Below, piece after piece: positions 34,386 through 46,507 of a stretch of 64,000 bases of DNA. Source of the DNA: Vicugna vicugna (taxonomy: Eukaryota); contig MU058844.1 in NCBI GenBank assembly GCA_013265495.1, forward strand, positions 1,494,941 to 1,558,940, written 5' to 3'. A model generated the notes under the pieces. The model was not told the origin of the DNA. It saw only the letters and a list, made by a program, of their open reading frames with translations, and did no database searches. The position numbers and the translations under genes are program-made. Position 1 is the stretch's first letter. Every line of letters begins with the position of its first letter.

Positions 34386-36379
34386 ACATTATTTTCTGCA
34401 CCACAAAAAATGTGATCTCTTTTTTAAAGGTAGGGCTTGGTTTGTTTACATCCCTCCAACATGCTTCCAGATTTATGGTACCCAAAAGATGATTGTAGGA
34501 TGAAAAGAGGAATATGATTATGAACACGAAACAAGGGGCTAGAAAGTCATGTCTGAAGTAGCGAGTGATTAATGAGAGCATTTTCCTGGGGGTTTAATTG
34601 GAGGAGACTGCAGTGAGCAAATTCTCCTCTTAACTCCTTGCATTTCAAGGCCTAGTGTCTACCTAGCCAAGAAATACATGCTACCCCTCTCCCCAGTGTT
34701 TTTTGTGGCTTGCGTTTTCATTGGCTAAATATATTTCAATCCACAATCCACAGGGAGCCTTGGTCTGCTCTTTTCTTACAGAAACTTTACAAACAGGAAT
34801 GATTGTATCTGTCTACTGAATATTCCTGTAACTACCTCCAGCACTAAAGATCTTGAAAGCTGAAATGATCAAATGGGGATTGAGTTCTGAAACTGTACTT
34901 TACTTGTCAAGGTAGCACATTTGAGACTTAAGCCAGGCACACCTCAATTATTTCATCACCTCATACCAACTCGTAAAAAGAAGCTGCTTTTATTTATGAA
35001 TGCCAAATAAAGGAGAAACGGGATTCTTGCATTTTCTTGGTGACTGGAAGGGAAGGAGGGCTTAGATATTTATTCAGCTTTTCATTTATATTCTTTGTCT
35101 TCTAGGTGTTGATACTATCAACAAATAACCAGCTCTCTGACCAAACCAATAGGAAAGTTAAAGGCTAACTCTTAAAATGTAGGCAGTTTCAGAAACATAA
35201 CCAAAATTGGAAGGACCTAATGAAATGACACTAGGAGAAAAGTAAGAGAGTGATTTCCAGTTTTTGTTTAATTAAACTGTTTTGCATTTTAATATTAATG
35301 TACCAGCTTCATGCTGAGCCTCTGTAGGTTCAAGTAGGGTCACAAATGAATTGGAAAGAATCCAAGGGCGGAAGTTAGGGGCAAGGGTAGGAATGGAGAG
35401 TGACACACTGAACACTTGGACTGACCACGTGCTAAACTTTGACGTGGCAGCATCTACAGCAGATGTTGCCAGTATTTAGCGAGCACATTTCTAAATAACC
35501 TGCTAGGTCTTGAAGTACTTCTTTTCCATTGCTTTCTCTGTCTCCCAGCATCTCTGCTTTATTGCCCCCCCCCATATTGAAACACGCAGTCGGATGCCAA
35601 CGTGCCACTGATTAAAACTATCACTCGGAGTCTATCCAGAAGTCTACCTCAGGGAGTTAGAAATAAGTATGTGACTCTCTTTATAGACTGACATGTAAAT
35701 TATGAATTTGCCTTTTAATGAAAGACATTTTAATACTGTATTTCTTAGTCTGGCAAGATATAACACCTTCAGGATGAGAAATGTCACTCCCCACTCCTGA
35801 AGCCATGACAGACATTCTTAATCAATCTCTGAGTCTCTGCACTCCATTTCTTTGGTCCTAGTCTTGGCCTCAGAATAATTGCCAAAACACTGCTTAAGGA
35901 AGCAGCGACCAGTCGGTTGGAGTGGGATTGTAAGTGAAACCTCCTCACCGTCTTTGTACTGCATGGCATTCTGTTTCACATTACCACTATATATGTAACA
36001 GCAATACCCTCTCACATGCTCTCCTATGTGTATGATAGACCCTAAAAATAACATATTTAAAATTAATAAAAAGCATCAATTAAGCTAATAAGTTAAGTGA
36101 GACTGCATATCTATTACTGCTTGGATGAACCAGTCTTAAAATGCACATCTAATTTACACCAGAAACCTAGGTATTAGAACAGATATCAGCAAAACCTCTT
36201 TAATGTTGAGGGCTACCATTTTATGGATTTTAGAAAATGCTAAGTAACCGGCTCTGGAGTTTGGTAAGGGTAATGGAGATACAAAAATGGCTAAAAAAGG
36301 TGTGGAAGGGTAGAGTGCAGAGAAAGGTGTGAGGGACTAAATGAAACAGTTCTTTCCCTCCCCTGAGGGCCTCTTCTTT

Positions 36380-36455
36380 TTCTTTCATTTTCTCTCTCTC
36401 TTTCTGTCTCTGTCTCTCTCTCTCTCTCACACACACACATCACATACACACACAA
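36380..36455. repeat. (CT)n(CA)n compound microsatellite
   Basis: Directly visible. Confidence 0.9.
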
Positions 36456-37409
36456 AACAAAACGAGTATATTTAGTATTTATGATCGTGAAATATGGCTT
36501 GCGTTTGGGGAGACCCTTCACTCATCAGCTTTATTTGGGTCAAATTGTTTTCAGGTTTTACTGGAAAAGACCTTTTGTATAAATCTTGGTGTGCCATTGG
36601 CGCTTGCCTGTAGAAAGTTGGGAAACCAATTTCCCATATCAAAATCTTGGTTTCTTCAGGAAAATGGCTGACATGGTAGTAATATTTATCTTTCAGGGTT
36701 TTTATGAGGATTAATCCAGTGAACTTTCCTGCCAACACTTTGAAACTATAACATACTGACAAATACGAGCTGTTTTGATAAATGGTATATGGAGTACTTG
36801 AAAAAGTGGAAGACACCCACTCAGTATCTATTATTATTCATCAATATTATTATGACCATTTCTTTTCAATTTTGAATTAAAGTGTTAAAATACGGAGCTT
36901 TCTATGCATTGTCAACATCACATGTGCAGTGTCATTGAACTTAGGTAATGCTTTATAATATTTCTTTTTAATTTGCTGGTTTTGATAACTATATACAAAT
37001 CAATGTAGATTCAGCAGCAGCTTTTATTAGAACAAAATGTATGTGAGAAGCAACGTGGTCACAGTTGGTTGGCCCACGTGTGTGACAGTTACAGGCAACA
37101 TTCAGTGAACTTCAGGAAACTAAGCAGTGTCATGTCTTCATGCTTGTCTAAAATTAAATTTGGATTTCAGCTCAGTGCCTTTGTGGTTTAGCAATAGCCA
37201 AATAAACTGCAAGAAGTTTATTTAATGTTTAGTCTATGCTAGTGGGCTAAATTGACTAAACACTCAAGATCCTCCCACAGAAAAACTGAGTCCCTCACTG
37301 CATCCTTTCTTGGTTATTTTTTCTTTAGAACATTTGTTAACACAACCAGGCTTCACTGTCTCTGCTAATGAAAGCAGAGTTTAGGTGCAGATTACCATGG
37401 AGAATGAGA

Positions 37410-37620
37410 TCGGACATTTGGTTATTTCTGGTTTAGGCTGTTATGAATAAAGCTGCTGTGAACATTTATGTGCAAGTCTTTGTGTGAACATGTGTTTTAA
37501 TTTCTCTTGGGTAAATACTTAGGAATGGACTTACTAGGTCGTCCATGTAATCATGGTAAGTCTATGTTGAACTTTATTTAAAAAACTGCCAAAATGTTTT
37601 CAAGTGTAGTTGTACCACTG
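37410..37620 (-). mobile_element. L1M fragment (ORF2 end / 3' UTR)
   Basis: 'ggacatttggttattt ... tatgaataaagctgctgtgaacattt ... tttctcttgggtaaatacttaggaatgga ... aaactgccaaa'. Confidence 0.8.
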
Positions 37621-37834
37621 AAACATTTTTTAGTGTTGGACCACTTATTTGTAAAACAAAGATGTTTGACTGGATGATCTCTAAATTCCCTTCCATCATT
37701 TTGTGGCTTTAGGACTTGCTGTGCCAGACCTTCGACCTTTGCCTGTCTTGAGGTACTAGACTTGTAATTCCTTCTTTTTCTTTCACATACCTTAATTTCT
37801 GTACATTTGTTTTGTTCCTGTTAGTGTTGTTCTG

Positions 37835-38080
37835 GATGATGATGATGATTAGAGAGTGCTCTCATTTTTTGATGTTATGTGTGTCAGGCACAGTGCTAAG
37901 GGTTTTAGCTGACTTTTTCCATCTAACCCTCACAATAAGCATTTGCCTCAGGTACTGGTTTTATAACCTATCTTTGTGATGAAGAAACTGCAGCTTGGAG
38001 AAGTTAAGTAACTTCCCCAAATTAATGAAGTTTTTAAGTGGTAGTGTTGAGAAACAAAATTGGGTGTGCTTTGATTACTT
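37835..38080 (-). mobile_element. MIR SINE
   Basis: 'tgtcaggcacagtgctaag ... taaccctcacaata ... gatgaagaaactgcagcttggagaagttaagtaacttcccca'. Confidence 0.8.
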
Positions 38081-39104
38081 CTAAGTTACTAATTTCTTAG
38101 CCTTGGCTCTGATTTCCCGGTTGCTACCTCTTCATCTTTTCTATGACCCTAAGGTCTGCCTGGCCAGATTCTGGACCTCCTTCACCTTCTCAATCTTGTT
38201 TACCATTTTTTCTTCCACACCCTGACATGACATCAGTGCTCAATGACCCAGCAACTTTCCAGAAGGCAACAAAAAAAGCAATTTAGAGTGAGGCAGGCTT
38301 AAGATCATCTTACTTATGTCAGCTCCATTAAGTTTTCATTAACAGTCAGAATGGGGTTTCTCAAATCAGCACAATACCAGTAAGCACTGCTTTGAAAAAA
38401 GAAATGCTTAACTAATAAGACATCCTATCTACATTTTATCTGAATCTAGAGAGCCCAGTCATTTCACAGCATCATAGAGGTCATTGCCAATTTTGCACTG
38501 GACAATTAGCATCCCCTTTCTCATCAAGTGGTGAAATTACCATGTTAGCTCTTTGCAGGAATCAGAATGTATTATTGGCTCTTCATGCTTTTCTGTGCAG
38601 TCATCATTAGGCATAACACGGACTCAGATATTGAGTATTATCATTTAGATTAGTAAATTGTAGTGTGACTATCCTAAGCATTTCCCATTCAATTATTTTT
38701 CAGTATATGTAGGGCAAAAGCCAAGACTGCATCAGTCTCATCCTACATGTGCCCATATAAAGTCTATGCTATGTTATGTGGCTTGTGAGTAAACCATGTC
38801 TGGCCTCTGCATTATTTATAGTGCCAATCAACCAATTATCATTAAAAAACACACACACATTTATTGACTTTAAAGAGTCCTGATGAGACTTCTGAAATTG
38901 CTTTTCCTGAAATGACCTCTGCTCTACTCTACATCCAGAGACTTGAGGAGTTAACTCAAATCTCCACTCCCCCCGTGAGTGTGTATATTCTGACCATTTT
39001 ATTTTCACTCTTCTCATTTTTTAAATTTCTGAATCATTTATAGTCACCCCTGGACATTTTAAAATTTAATTATGTGTTGTATTTTATCACTTGCGTCTCA
39101 TTCG

Positions 39105-39350
39105 AAGAGAGGCATTGTGGAATACAAGTAAGAGTATGCACACTGAATTCAGACAAATCCTGGCTTTTCTGCTTAAAAATGACGTGACTCTGGGCAAGCT
39201 TCATATCTTCTGTAGGGCTCAATTTCCTCATCTTTTAAAGCAGACAGTAGTGCTCACAAATTATGGTAATATTAGCTGTCTCATGAGGTCCTTGCAGGCA
39301 ATAAATAATTAATTGCATGGAAACGGGCATATGGAAAATGCTAAACAAAT
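39105..39350 (+). mobile_element. MIR SINE
   Basis: 'gaggcattgtgg ... gtgactctgggcaagctt ... ctcaatttcctcatct'. Confidence 0.7.
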
Positions 39351-39562
39351 GATAGTTTTTCACCTTTTCCCCCTGTGTAGATTTTAAATTCCCTGAGGCA
39401 GAACTAGGTCTTGTGACTCTAGATGTACTTCACTGTTCATTTAATAAAAAATTATTTAGCACCTATTTTGTACTGAGCAGTGAACTCAGTACTGTGAATA
39501 ATCGTGAACAAGCCAACCATCCCTTTCCTTCTGGTCTTATGGGCTAGCAGAATACAGACAGA

Positions 39563-40056
39563 CAGATGTTACCCTGATTTATGATGGCTCGACTTAAGAT
39601 TTTTTTGACTTTAAGGTGATGGGAAAGCAATACACATTCAATAGAAATGGTACTTTGAATTTTGATCTTTTCGCAGCTTAGCAATATGTGTTACAAGGCT
39701 CTCTTGCGATGCCAGACAGCAATGACTGAACCTCCCGGTTGGCCATGCGACCATATGGGTGAACAACCGATAGACTGACACCACACTGGACCCAGACAAC
39801 CTGTCTGTTTTTCACTTTCAGTACAGGATTCAATAAATTACACGAGATATTCAACACTTTATTATAAAATAAGCTTTGTGTTAGATGATTTTGCCACAAC
39901 TGAAGGCCCATGTGAGTGTTCTGAGCACATTTACAGTAGGCTAGGCTAAGCTCTGATGTTCAGTAGGTGACATGTATTAAATGTAATTTTGACTTAGGAT
40001 ATTTTCAACTTAGGATGGCTTTATCAGTAACCCCATTGTAAGTGGAGAAAGATCTG
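39563..40056. mobile_element. MER47-like (TcMar-Tigger) DNA transposon inserted in an L2
   Basis: Terminal inverted repeats 'cagatgttaccctgatttatgatgg' / 'ccattgtaagtggagaaagatctg' followed by TA. Internal 'ttcaataaattacacgagatattcaacactttattataaaata ... gtaggctaggctaagct'. Confidence 0.85.
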
Positions 40057-41088
40057 TAGTAAATAAAATATAATGACTTGGTTTCACAAACATTTGGAAC
40101 ATCAAGAAGTTCTCCATACTGTTAATGAAATCAAAGGTGTAAAAGCAATTTATTCCTAAAGTCTTGCTGAAGAATAGAAAAAACATATTTATTGTGGTAT
40201 TTCTCCCTGACCCTCATACTTTTGCATTTGTCTCATGAATATTTTTGAATTGAATAGAGGCATATTATAGACAGAATCTAGATTTTCTCTCTTTTTTTCC
40301 AGTCATGTTACAATCATAATTATTTCACTTTTAATGAAAGAAATATCACTTTTAAGAGTCAGTGTTTCAGAGATTTTATAGTTATTTGGCCATTTTTGCA
40401 ATATGAAGCTTTCTGTTTGGCTGATATTGACAGCCTTGTCTTCATAATTATTATAAAATATTACTTGAGTGTCTACTGTGGGTTATGCACTGCATTAGGT
40501 ACCAGGAATGATTTTGCACTAAAGAAACATATAATTTAGATAGGGAATCAACATATATGCATTTAATTGAAAAAATAAATAGAAATGCAGAGCAAGTCTA
40601 TTTCTAGTAAGGGAAGGCCAAGAACAATGGTCCCCCTTTTCATTCCCTTCCTCCAATTCCAGTTATACTAAAGAGTTAAATGTAAAATGTCCAGTTATTA
40701 CCATAAAAAAAGAAAAACTTCAAATATACATATGTTGCTATGTATTTATGGAATAGGGAAAACTGTCTACATTAAAAGCAATGGTAAATATCAGGAAGAA
40801 AATATTAAGAGAAGTAATTCTACTGAAAGCAAAAAAAAGTTTCTTATGTTGAAAAGCAAAAAATTATTAGAAATGTATTTGCAGTAAATATAACAAAGGA
40901 TTAATACTGTAATACAAAAAGAACATATGAAACCTGATTTAAAATGGTAAGACCCCAATAGGTAATAAACATGATGATATATTAATAAAAAATAAACATA
41001 ATTAGATAATAAGTTAAAGGGACATGATAATATTATTAGATAATACTTATTATATGCTAGATACCATGTTATATACTTTGCACATGTT

Positions 41089-41951
41089 ATTTTTTATTGA
41101 AGTATAGTTGATTTACAATGTTGTGTTAGTTTCTGGTGTACAGCAAAGTGATTCAATTATAGATATATGTATATGTTCTTTTTCATATTCTTTTTCAATA
41201 TAGGTTGTTACTAATTATTGAATATAGTTTTCTGTGCTATGCAGTAGAACCTTGTTTATTCTGTGTATAATAGTTAACATCTGCAATTCCTGAGCTTCCA
41301 ATTTATACCTCCTCCACCTCTTTCCCCTTTGGTAACCATAAGTTTGTTTTCTTTCTGTGAGTCTGTTTCTGTTTTGTAAGTAAGTTCATTTTCCTCATTT
41401 TTTTATATTCCATGCATAAGTGATTTAATGTGATATTTATCTTTCTCTGTCTTAGTTCACTTAGTATGATAGTCTCTAGGTCCATCCATGTTGCTGCAGA
41501 TAGTATTAGTTCATTCTTTTTTATGGCTGAGTAGTATTCCAATGCATATAAATATACCACAACTTCTTTATCCAATCATATGTTGATGGACCTTCCACAA
41601 GGTTGCTTCCATGTCTTGGCTATTGTACATAGTGCTGCTATGAACATTGGGGTGCATATATCTTTTCCAGTTGGAGTTTTCTACAGATATATGTCCAGAA
41701 GTGGGATTCCTGGATTATCTGATAAGTCTATTTTTAGTTTTTTAAGGAATCTCCATACTGTTTCCCATAACGGTGGCATCAAATTACATTCCCACCAACA
41801 GTGTAGGAAAGTTACCTTTTCTCCACATCCTCTCCAGCATTTATTGTTTGTGGACTTTTTAATGATGGCCATTCTGACCTATGTGAGGTGATATCTCATT
41901 GTAGTCTTGATTTGCATTTCTCTGATAATTAGCAATATTGAGCATCTTTTC
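41089..41951 (-). mobile_element. 5'-truncated L1 (ORF2 C-terminus and 3' UTR) inserted in a MIR
   Basis: ORF 41681..41872 (KCWRGCGEK...LHCWWEC...[13 protein letters not shown]) is the L1 ORF2p cysteine-rich C-terminal domain, and 41303..41575 continues it. Poly(T) at about 41089. Degenerate 16-bp TSD atactttgcacatgtt (41073-41088) / atgcttttcacatatt (41952-41967). Confidence 0.95.
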
Positions 41952-43099
41952 ATGCTTTTCACATATTCTTTTATTTAATCGCCACAATCCTATCAACTAA
42001 GTACTATTAAGAGCCCTGGTTTATAGATGAGTGAATAAGCAGGAAAAAATGACCCTTTTTTTTCAGCCCTGAAAGGCCAAGAGTTAATTTTCAATTAACT
42101 TTATAGAGGTCTACATGCATTGCAAGGATTGGTAAATGTATTTGACAGAAGATAATTTAAGAAGATTTTGTTTATTGAAGCTGACAAAAAAAAAAAGACT
42201 TGCTAACCGATTGATTCCAACATCTGTCATGTTTGGACAGAGTGTTTAAACCACAGTTTGAATACAAATTGAGTTTTGGCTGGCAAACAGGTTCATATTT
42301 CAGAAATGGTTTACCTCAAGAACATTTTGAGGATAAATGTTTTTTACCTTTTCCAAACATTTATGTTAATTCAAGCATGGGCAAGTTTAAAGGCAGAGGA
42401 GAAAGCTCTTGGAGAGGGAGGTGGGATTGAAGATACTGGTGAGAAAATTGTGCCACTGTTATCTCAGCATGAAGCCTTGCATATTTGATTTCTTCTTTCC
42501 CTTCATCATTCTTATCAAATCAGTCAACCAGTCTTATACATTCTTTCTCTACAGTGTCTCCCAAACAGTTCTCTTTTTTCCTCCCATTTGCATTGCTAGT
42601 ATCCCCCTGTAACCCTCGACCCTCTTACTTTGAGGCTATTATCATAATTTAGTATCTCATTTCCTTGATTTCTGGTTTCCCTTACCTTCATTCTGTCTCA
42701 CACAGGCCACCAGACACATTTTCTTAAAGGACCACCTTCTTCATATCACAGTCCTGCACAGAATTTGTGTTGCTTTCTCTTGGCCTCTAAGTTTGAGCTC
42801 CTTAGCTGACATTAGAGATTCTCACATCCGAATGGTGACTCCACACATCTGGCCTAATTGTCTGCTTTTCCAGTGTTGTTTCCCATCATTCCTGGATGGT
42901 GAGACATTTGTACTTACTGCCTACTTACTACTCTCCTAGCATATTTTACATGTTCCTGGCTGCATGATTTTGTTCAGGTAGTTACCAGTTTTCTCAAATT
43001 TGATTTTCCATGTTTACAATGTATTTCAAGAAGATATAGGAGTTGTCATAAAGTCTGTCTAAATTCCTGGTCCTAGGTGTTGCATTTTCCTCCCTTTTA

Positions 43100-43735
43100 A
43101 ATAGACTTTATTTTTTAGGACAGTTTTAGATTCACAGCAAAATTGAGTGGAAAGTACATAGAGTTCCCTTATATCCTTTAATTCCCCTGACCCCCTACAC
43201 ACAGCCTCTCCTACCATCAACACCCCAAATCAGAGCCATACAGTTGTTACAAGTGGTAAACCTACGTCAACATCATCCAAAGGCCATAGATTACATTAGA
43301 GTTCACTCTTGCTGTCGAACATTCTGTGGGTTTGTACCAGCATATAATGGCATCTATCTACTATAATAATATCACACAGAATAGTTTCACTGCCCTAAAA
43401 TTCCTGGGCTCCTCTTATTCATCCTTCACTCACCCCTGACCTCTGGCAACCACTGATCTTTTTACTGTCTCCATGGTCTCCATGGTTTTGCTGTATAGTT
43501 GGCATCACACTGCCACATTTGTAGCCTTTTCAGATTGTCTTCTTTCGCTTAGTAATATGCATTTAAATTTCCTACATGTCTTTTCATGGCTTTATAACTG
43601 ATTTCTTTTTATCTTTGAATAATGTTCCATTTACTGGAGTGTTTATATTTATCCATCCACCTACTGAAGGACCTCTTGGTGGCTTCCAAGTTTTGGTAAT
43701 TATGAATAAAATTTCTATGACCAGCCATATGCAGT
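43100..43735 (-). mobile_element. L1MC1/L1MD-like 3' end
   Basis: 'aatagactttattttttaggacagttttagattcacagcaaaattgagtggaaagtac ... aatagtttcactgccctaaaa ... ctggcaaccactgatctttttactgtctcca'. Confidence 0.85.
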
Positions 43736-43769
43736 GGAGGAGCCCTGCTCATCTGCATGTATAAATAAT

Positions 43770-44840
43770 ATTTACTTCTGTTACTCCTGTCCTACACACA
43801 ATGTCCAGTTTTCAACCAAAAATTATCAGGTGCACAAAAAAGCAAAAAAAAAATTCCATCCATTGTCAAGGGACAAAGCAACTACAGAACTCAGATATGA
43901 CCCAGGTGTTGGAAATACCAGACCAGGAATTTAGAATTACTATGATTATTATGTGAAAGTATCTAGTGAAAAAGGTGTGTAAAAGTCATAAACAGCTAGG
44001 GAATTTTACCAGAGAGATGAAAACTGAAATCATCAAAATCATAGGGAAAACCGTAGTAACAGAGATGATGATTGCTTTTGCCAGGGTTATCGATAGACAA
44101 GTATTAGTGAAGATAGGTCAATAGAAATTAATCAAAGTGAAACACAGAGAGAAGAGTTAAAAAAAAAAGGACATCTAAGAGCTGTGGGACAATATCAAAT
44201 GGTCCAACACATGTGCAAGGGAAATCTAGAAGGAGAAAGGGAGAGGATGTGGAAGAAAAACTTGAAGAATAAGAATTACATCAGACTTCATCAGAAACTA
44301 TTCAACGCAGAGGATACTGAAGTAACATCTTTAACGTGTTGGGGGGAAAATAGTCAGTCCAAAATTCTTCACATGGCAAAGTATCTTTTAAAAAAGGAGA
44401 ATCATGGACTCTTGCAGACAAACAAAAAAATTATTCCCAGGGTACATTTATTACAAGAAATGTTAAAGAAAGTTTTTCAGAAGGAGTATGATACCACATG
44501 TAAACTTCTGTCTTCAGAGAGGTGAAGAATGCGGACCATTGTGAAAGTAAATGTTAAAATAAGTATTATTTTCCATTATTTTAATGACTAAGTGATCATT
44601 ACCTATCTAAAACAAAAATAGTGGCCATTGATTCTGGGTTTGTAAAAGTGAAGTATCTGACCATAATAGCACAGGAATGAGAGGGAGGAACTGGTAATAT
44701 ACTGTTATAAGGTGCTTACACTACAAGTAAAGTGTTCTAATATTATTCGAAGGTAGACTCTGAGTAACTAAAGAATAATATTTTAAGCCCTAAGACAGCT
44801 ACAAAAAACTTTTTAAAAAGAAGTATAAATAATAATTAGT
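43770..44840 (+). mobile_element. Old L1 (L1M) 5'/ORF1-region fragments
   Basis: A-rich decayed ORF1-like sequence ('gaagataggtcaatagaaatta', 'gagctgtgggacaatatcaaatggtccaacacatgtg'); accounts for ORF 44184..44525. Confidence 0.75.
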
Positions 44841-45002
44841 TGACAAATATACTCTTTCTGGTCACCTCACGCTAGTATAAAATTTTTTGTTATGCTGCAT
44901 TTTTAAATGATACTCATCTATAGATCACTTTTTCTTTTATAGCCTCTTTTTAGATCTGTTTACAATTGTTTTATATTACAGAGACTTTTAAGGACTACTC
45001 AC

Positions 45003-45022
45003 CTTGACATTATCTTGGCATT
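45003..45022 (-). other. Candidate 20-nt exon (AATGCCAAGATAATGTCAAG)
   Basis: Minus strand: ...ccacattttatttgtacag|AATGCCAAGATAATGTCAAG|gtgagt, with about 70 nt of AG-free U-rich sequence upstream and a consensus donor. No transcript evidence. Confidence 0.3.
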
Positions 45023-45799
45023 CTGTACAAATAAAATGTGGATTCACATTTGAAGAAAAATAAAATGGGACAAAAACAAAGTTATATCACAGTTGCCCTG
45101 AAAACTACATTCCTTATCTGTGTTAGAGGATACACAAGGCAAAGAAAACTGTCTTAAACATGAAACTTGAAAAATGACAATGCCAATGAGAAAACATCTT
45201 TGCATTCTTCCCCTCCTATTCCCCACATGGACAAATTTGAGTTGTAATATGAGCAGCAGACTTTTTGAATAAGGAAAAAAATTAGTATGTACAAATGCAT
45301 GATGTATGATACATCCAAGAATGGAAAAGCTGCATGTTTATTCTAATAAAATAAAGAACCAACATGAAATAAAAGGTGATTATGGATAAGTCCAGCCCAG
45401 AAAGAGACAGACCAATTCTTAAATAAGGTTTTCATTTAGCCTTTCTACATTCATATTCATTGGGCCTCAATTTTATTGAAGTACACATAAAGAGTAGAGC
45501 CCAAATCTGGCCATTAAATATCCTACATTCATTTTTTTGTTCCTCTGGGTTGCATTATAATGGTCTGTTGTTTTGATGGCTGACAGGAGACATCCAAATT
45601 TAACCAAAGTTGGCAAATTCACTGATGAGATGTGGAGTTAGCCTGGATTTGAGTGTCAGCTTGTGTGGATTGTTTGATGTTCTTGAGCCTCATCTTCAAA
45701 TAGTGAAACTATTTAGCATTTTTGCTGGAGTCATTAGTAAACACAGGTGGAAAAACTAGCTTGGAACTCAACATTCAGAACATGATAGGATAAGTCTTA

Positions 45800-45965
45800 T
45801 CACCGAAAGAACAACGTAGAAAAAGTAACATGGTTTGCAAGTCTGGACAGTGCTCATCTAGTCCTGATTGGAGGACTGATTTTTGAGGGATCTTAGGTGA
45901 TTTATTTCACCTTTCTGGCCTTCAATTTCCTCATCTCTAAAATGAGGAAGTTGGAATAGATCAGC
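45800..45965 (+). mobile_element. MIR SINE
   Basis: 'ttcacctttctggccttcaatttcctcatctctaaaatgagg'. Confidence 0.7.
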
Positions 45966-46417
45966 TAGTTAAACATTTTTATAGCAACCCAACCCTATGT
46001 ATAAATGAAGTCTTAGACAAAGGTCAGTGTTTAAAGTGATACAAGCAGAGCTGGTGAGGTTAAATTTAGCATTTGGAACATGAACCCTTAGTCTCCCCTC
46101 TCACAACCTCCCAGGACTGTCCAAGCACCTCCTAGGATGTCGTGGACTCAGCAGAGCATTAGAATAGTTGATTGTCAGGATACTTTGGAACAAGTCTTTC
46201 TGCTCTTTTTAATGTTTGTACAATGTATCCGAGCGATGATTTTTTTTAATTAAACCAATAGCTTACTGTGTCTTTCTAAGAATAAGCCCAAACAGTAATC
46301 TTTATTACAAAAGTGATAGACTGATGTAATCCACTTTAACAATTAAATAAATTTAGTGACCCATCCATTGCTCAGAACTCACTATATTAAAGATCGAATC
46401 AACATGCCATAGCAGCT

Positions 46418-46418
46418 T

Positions 46419-46459
<41 letters not shown>

Positions 46460-46462
46460 ATA

Positions 46463-46507
<45 letters not shown>
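46418..46507. repeat. (TG)n/(TATGTG)n/(TA)n compound microsatellite
   Basis: Directly visible; produces the low-complexity ORF 46418..46648. Confidence 0.95.

Noticed and set aside
41303..41891. ORFs 41303..41575, 41681..41872 and 41580..41891 as host genes
   Set aside because: Broken L1 ORF2p C-terminus and its antisense frame.
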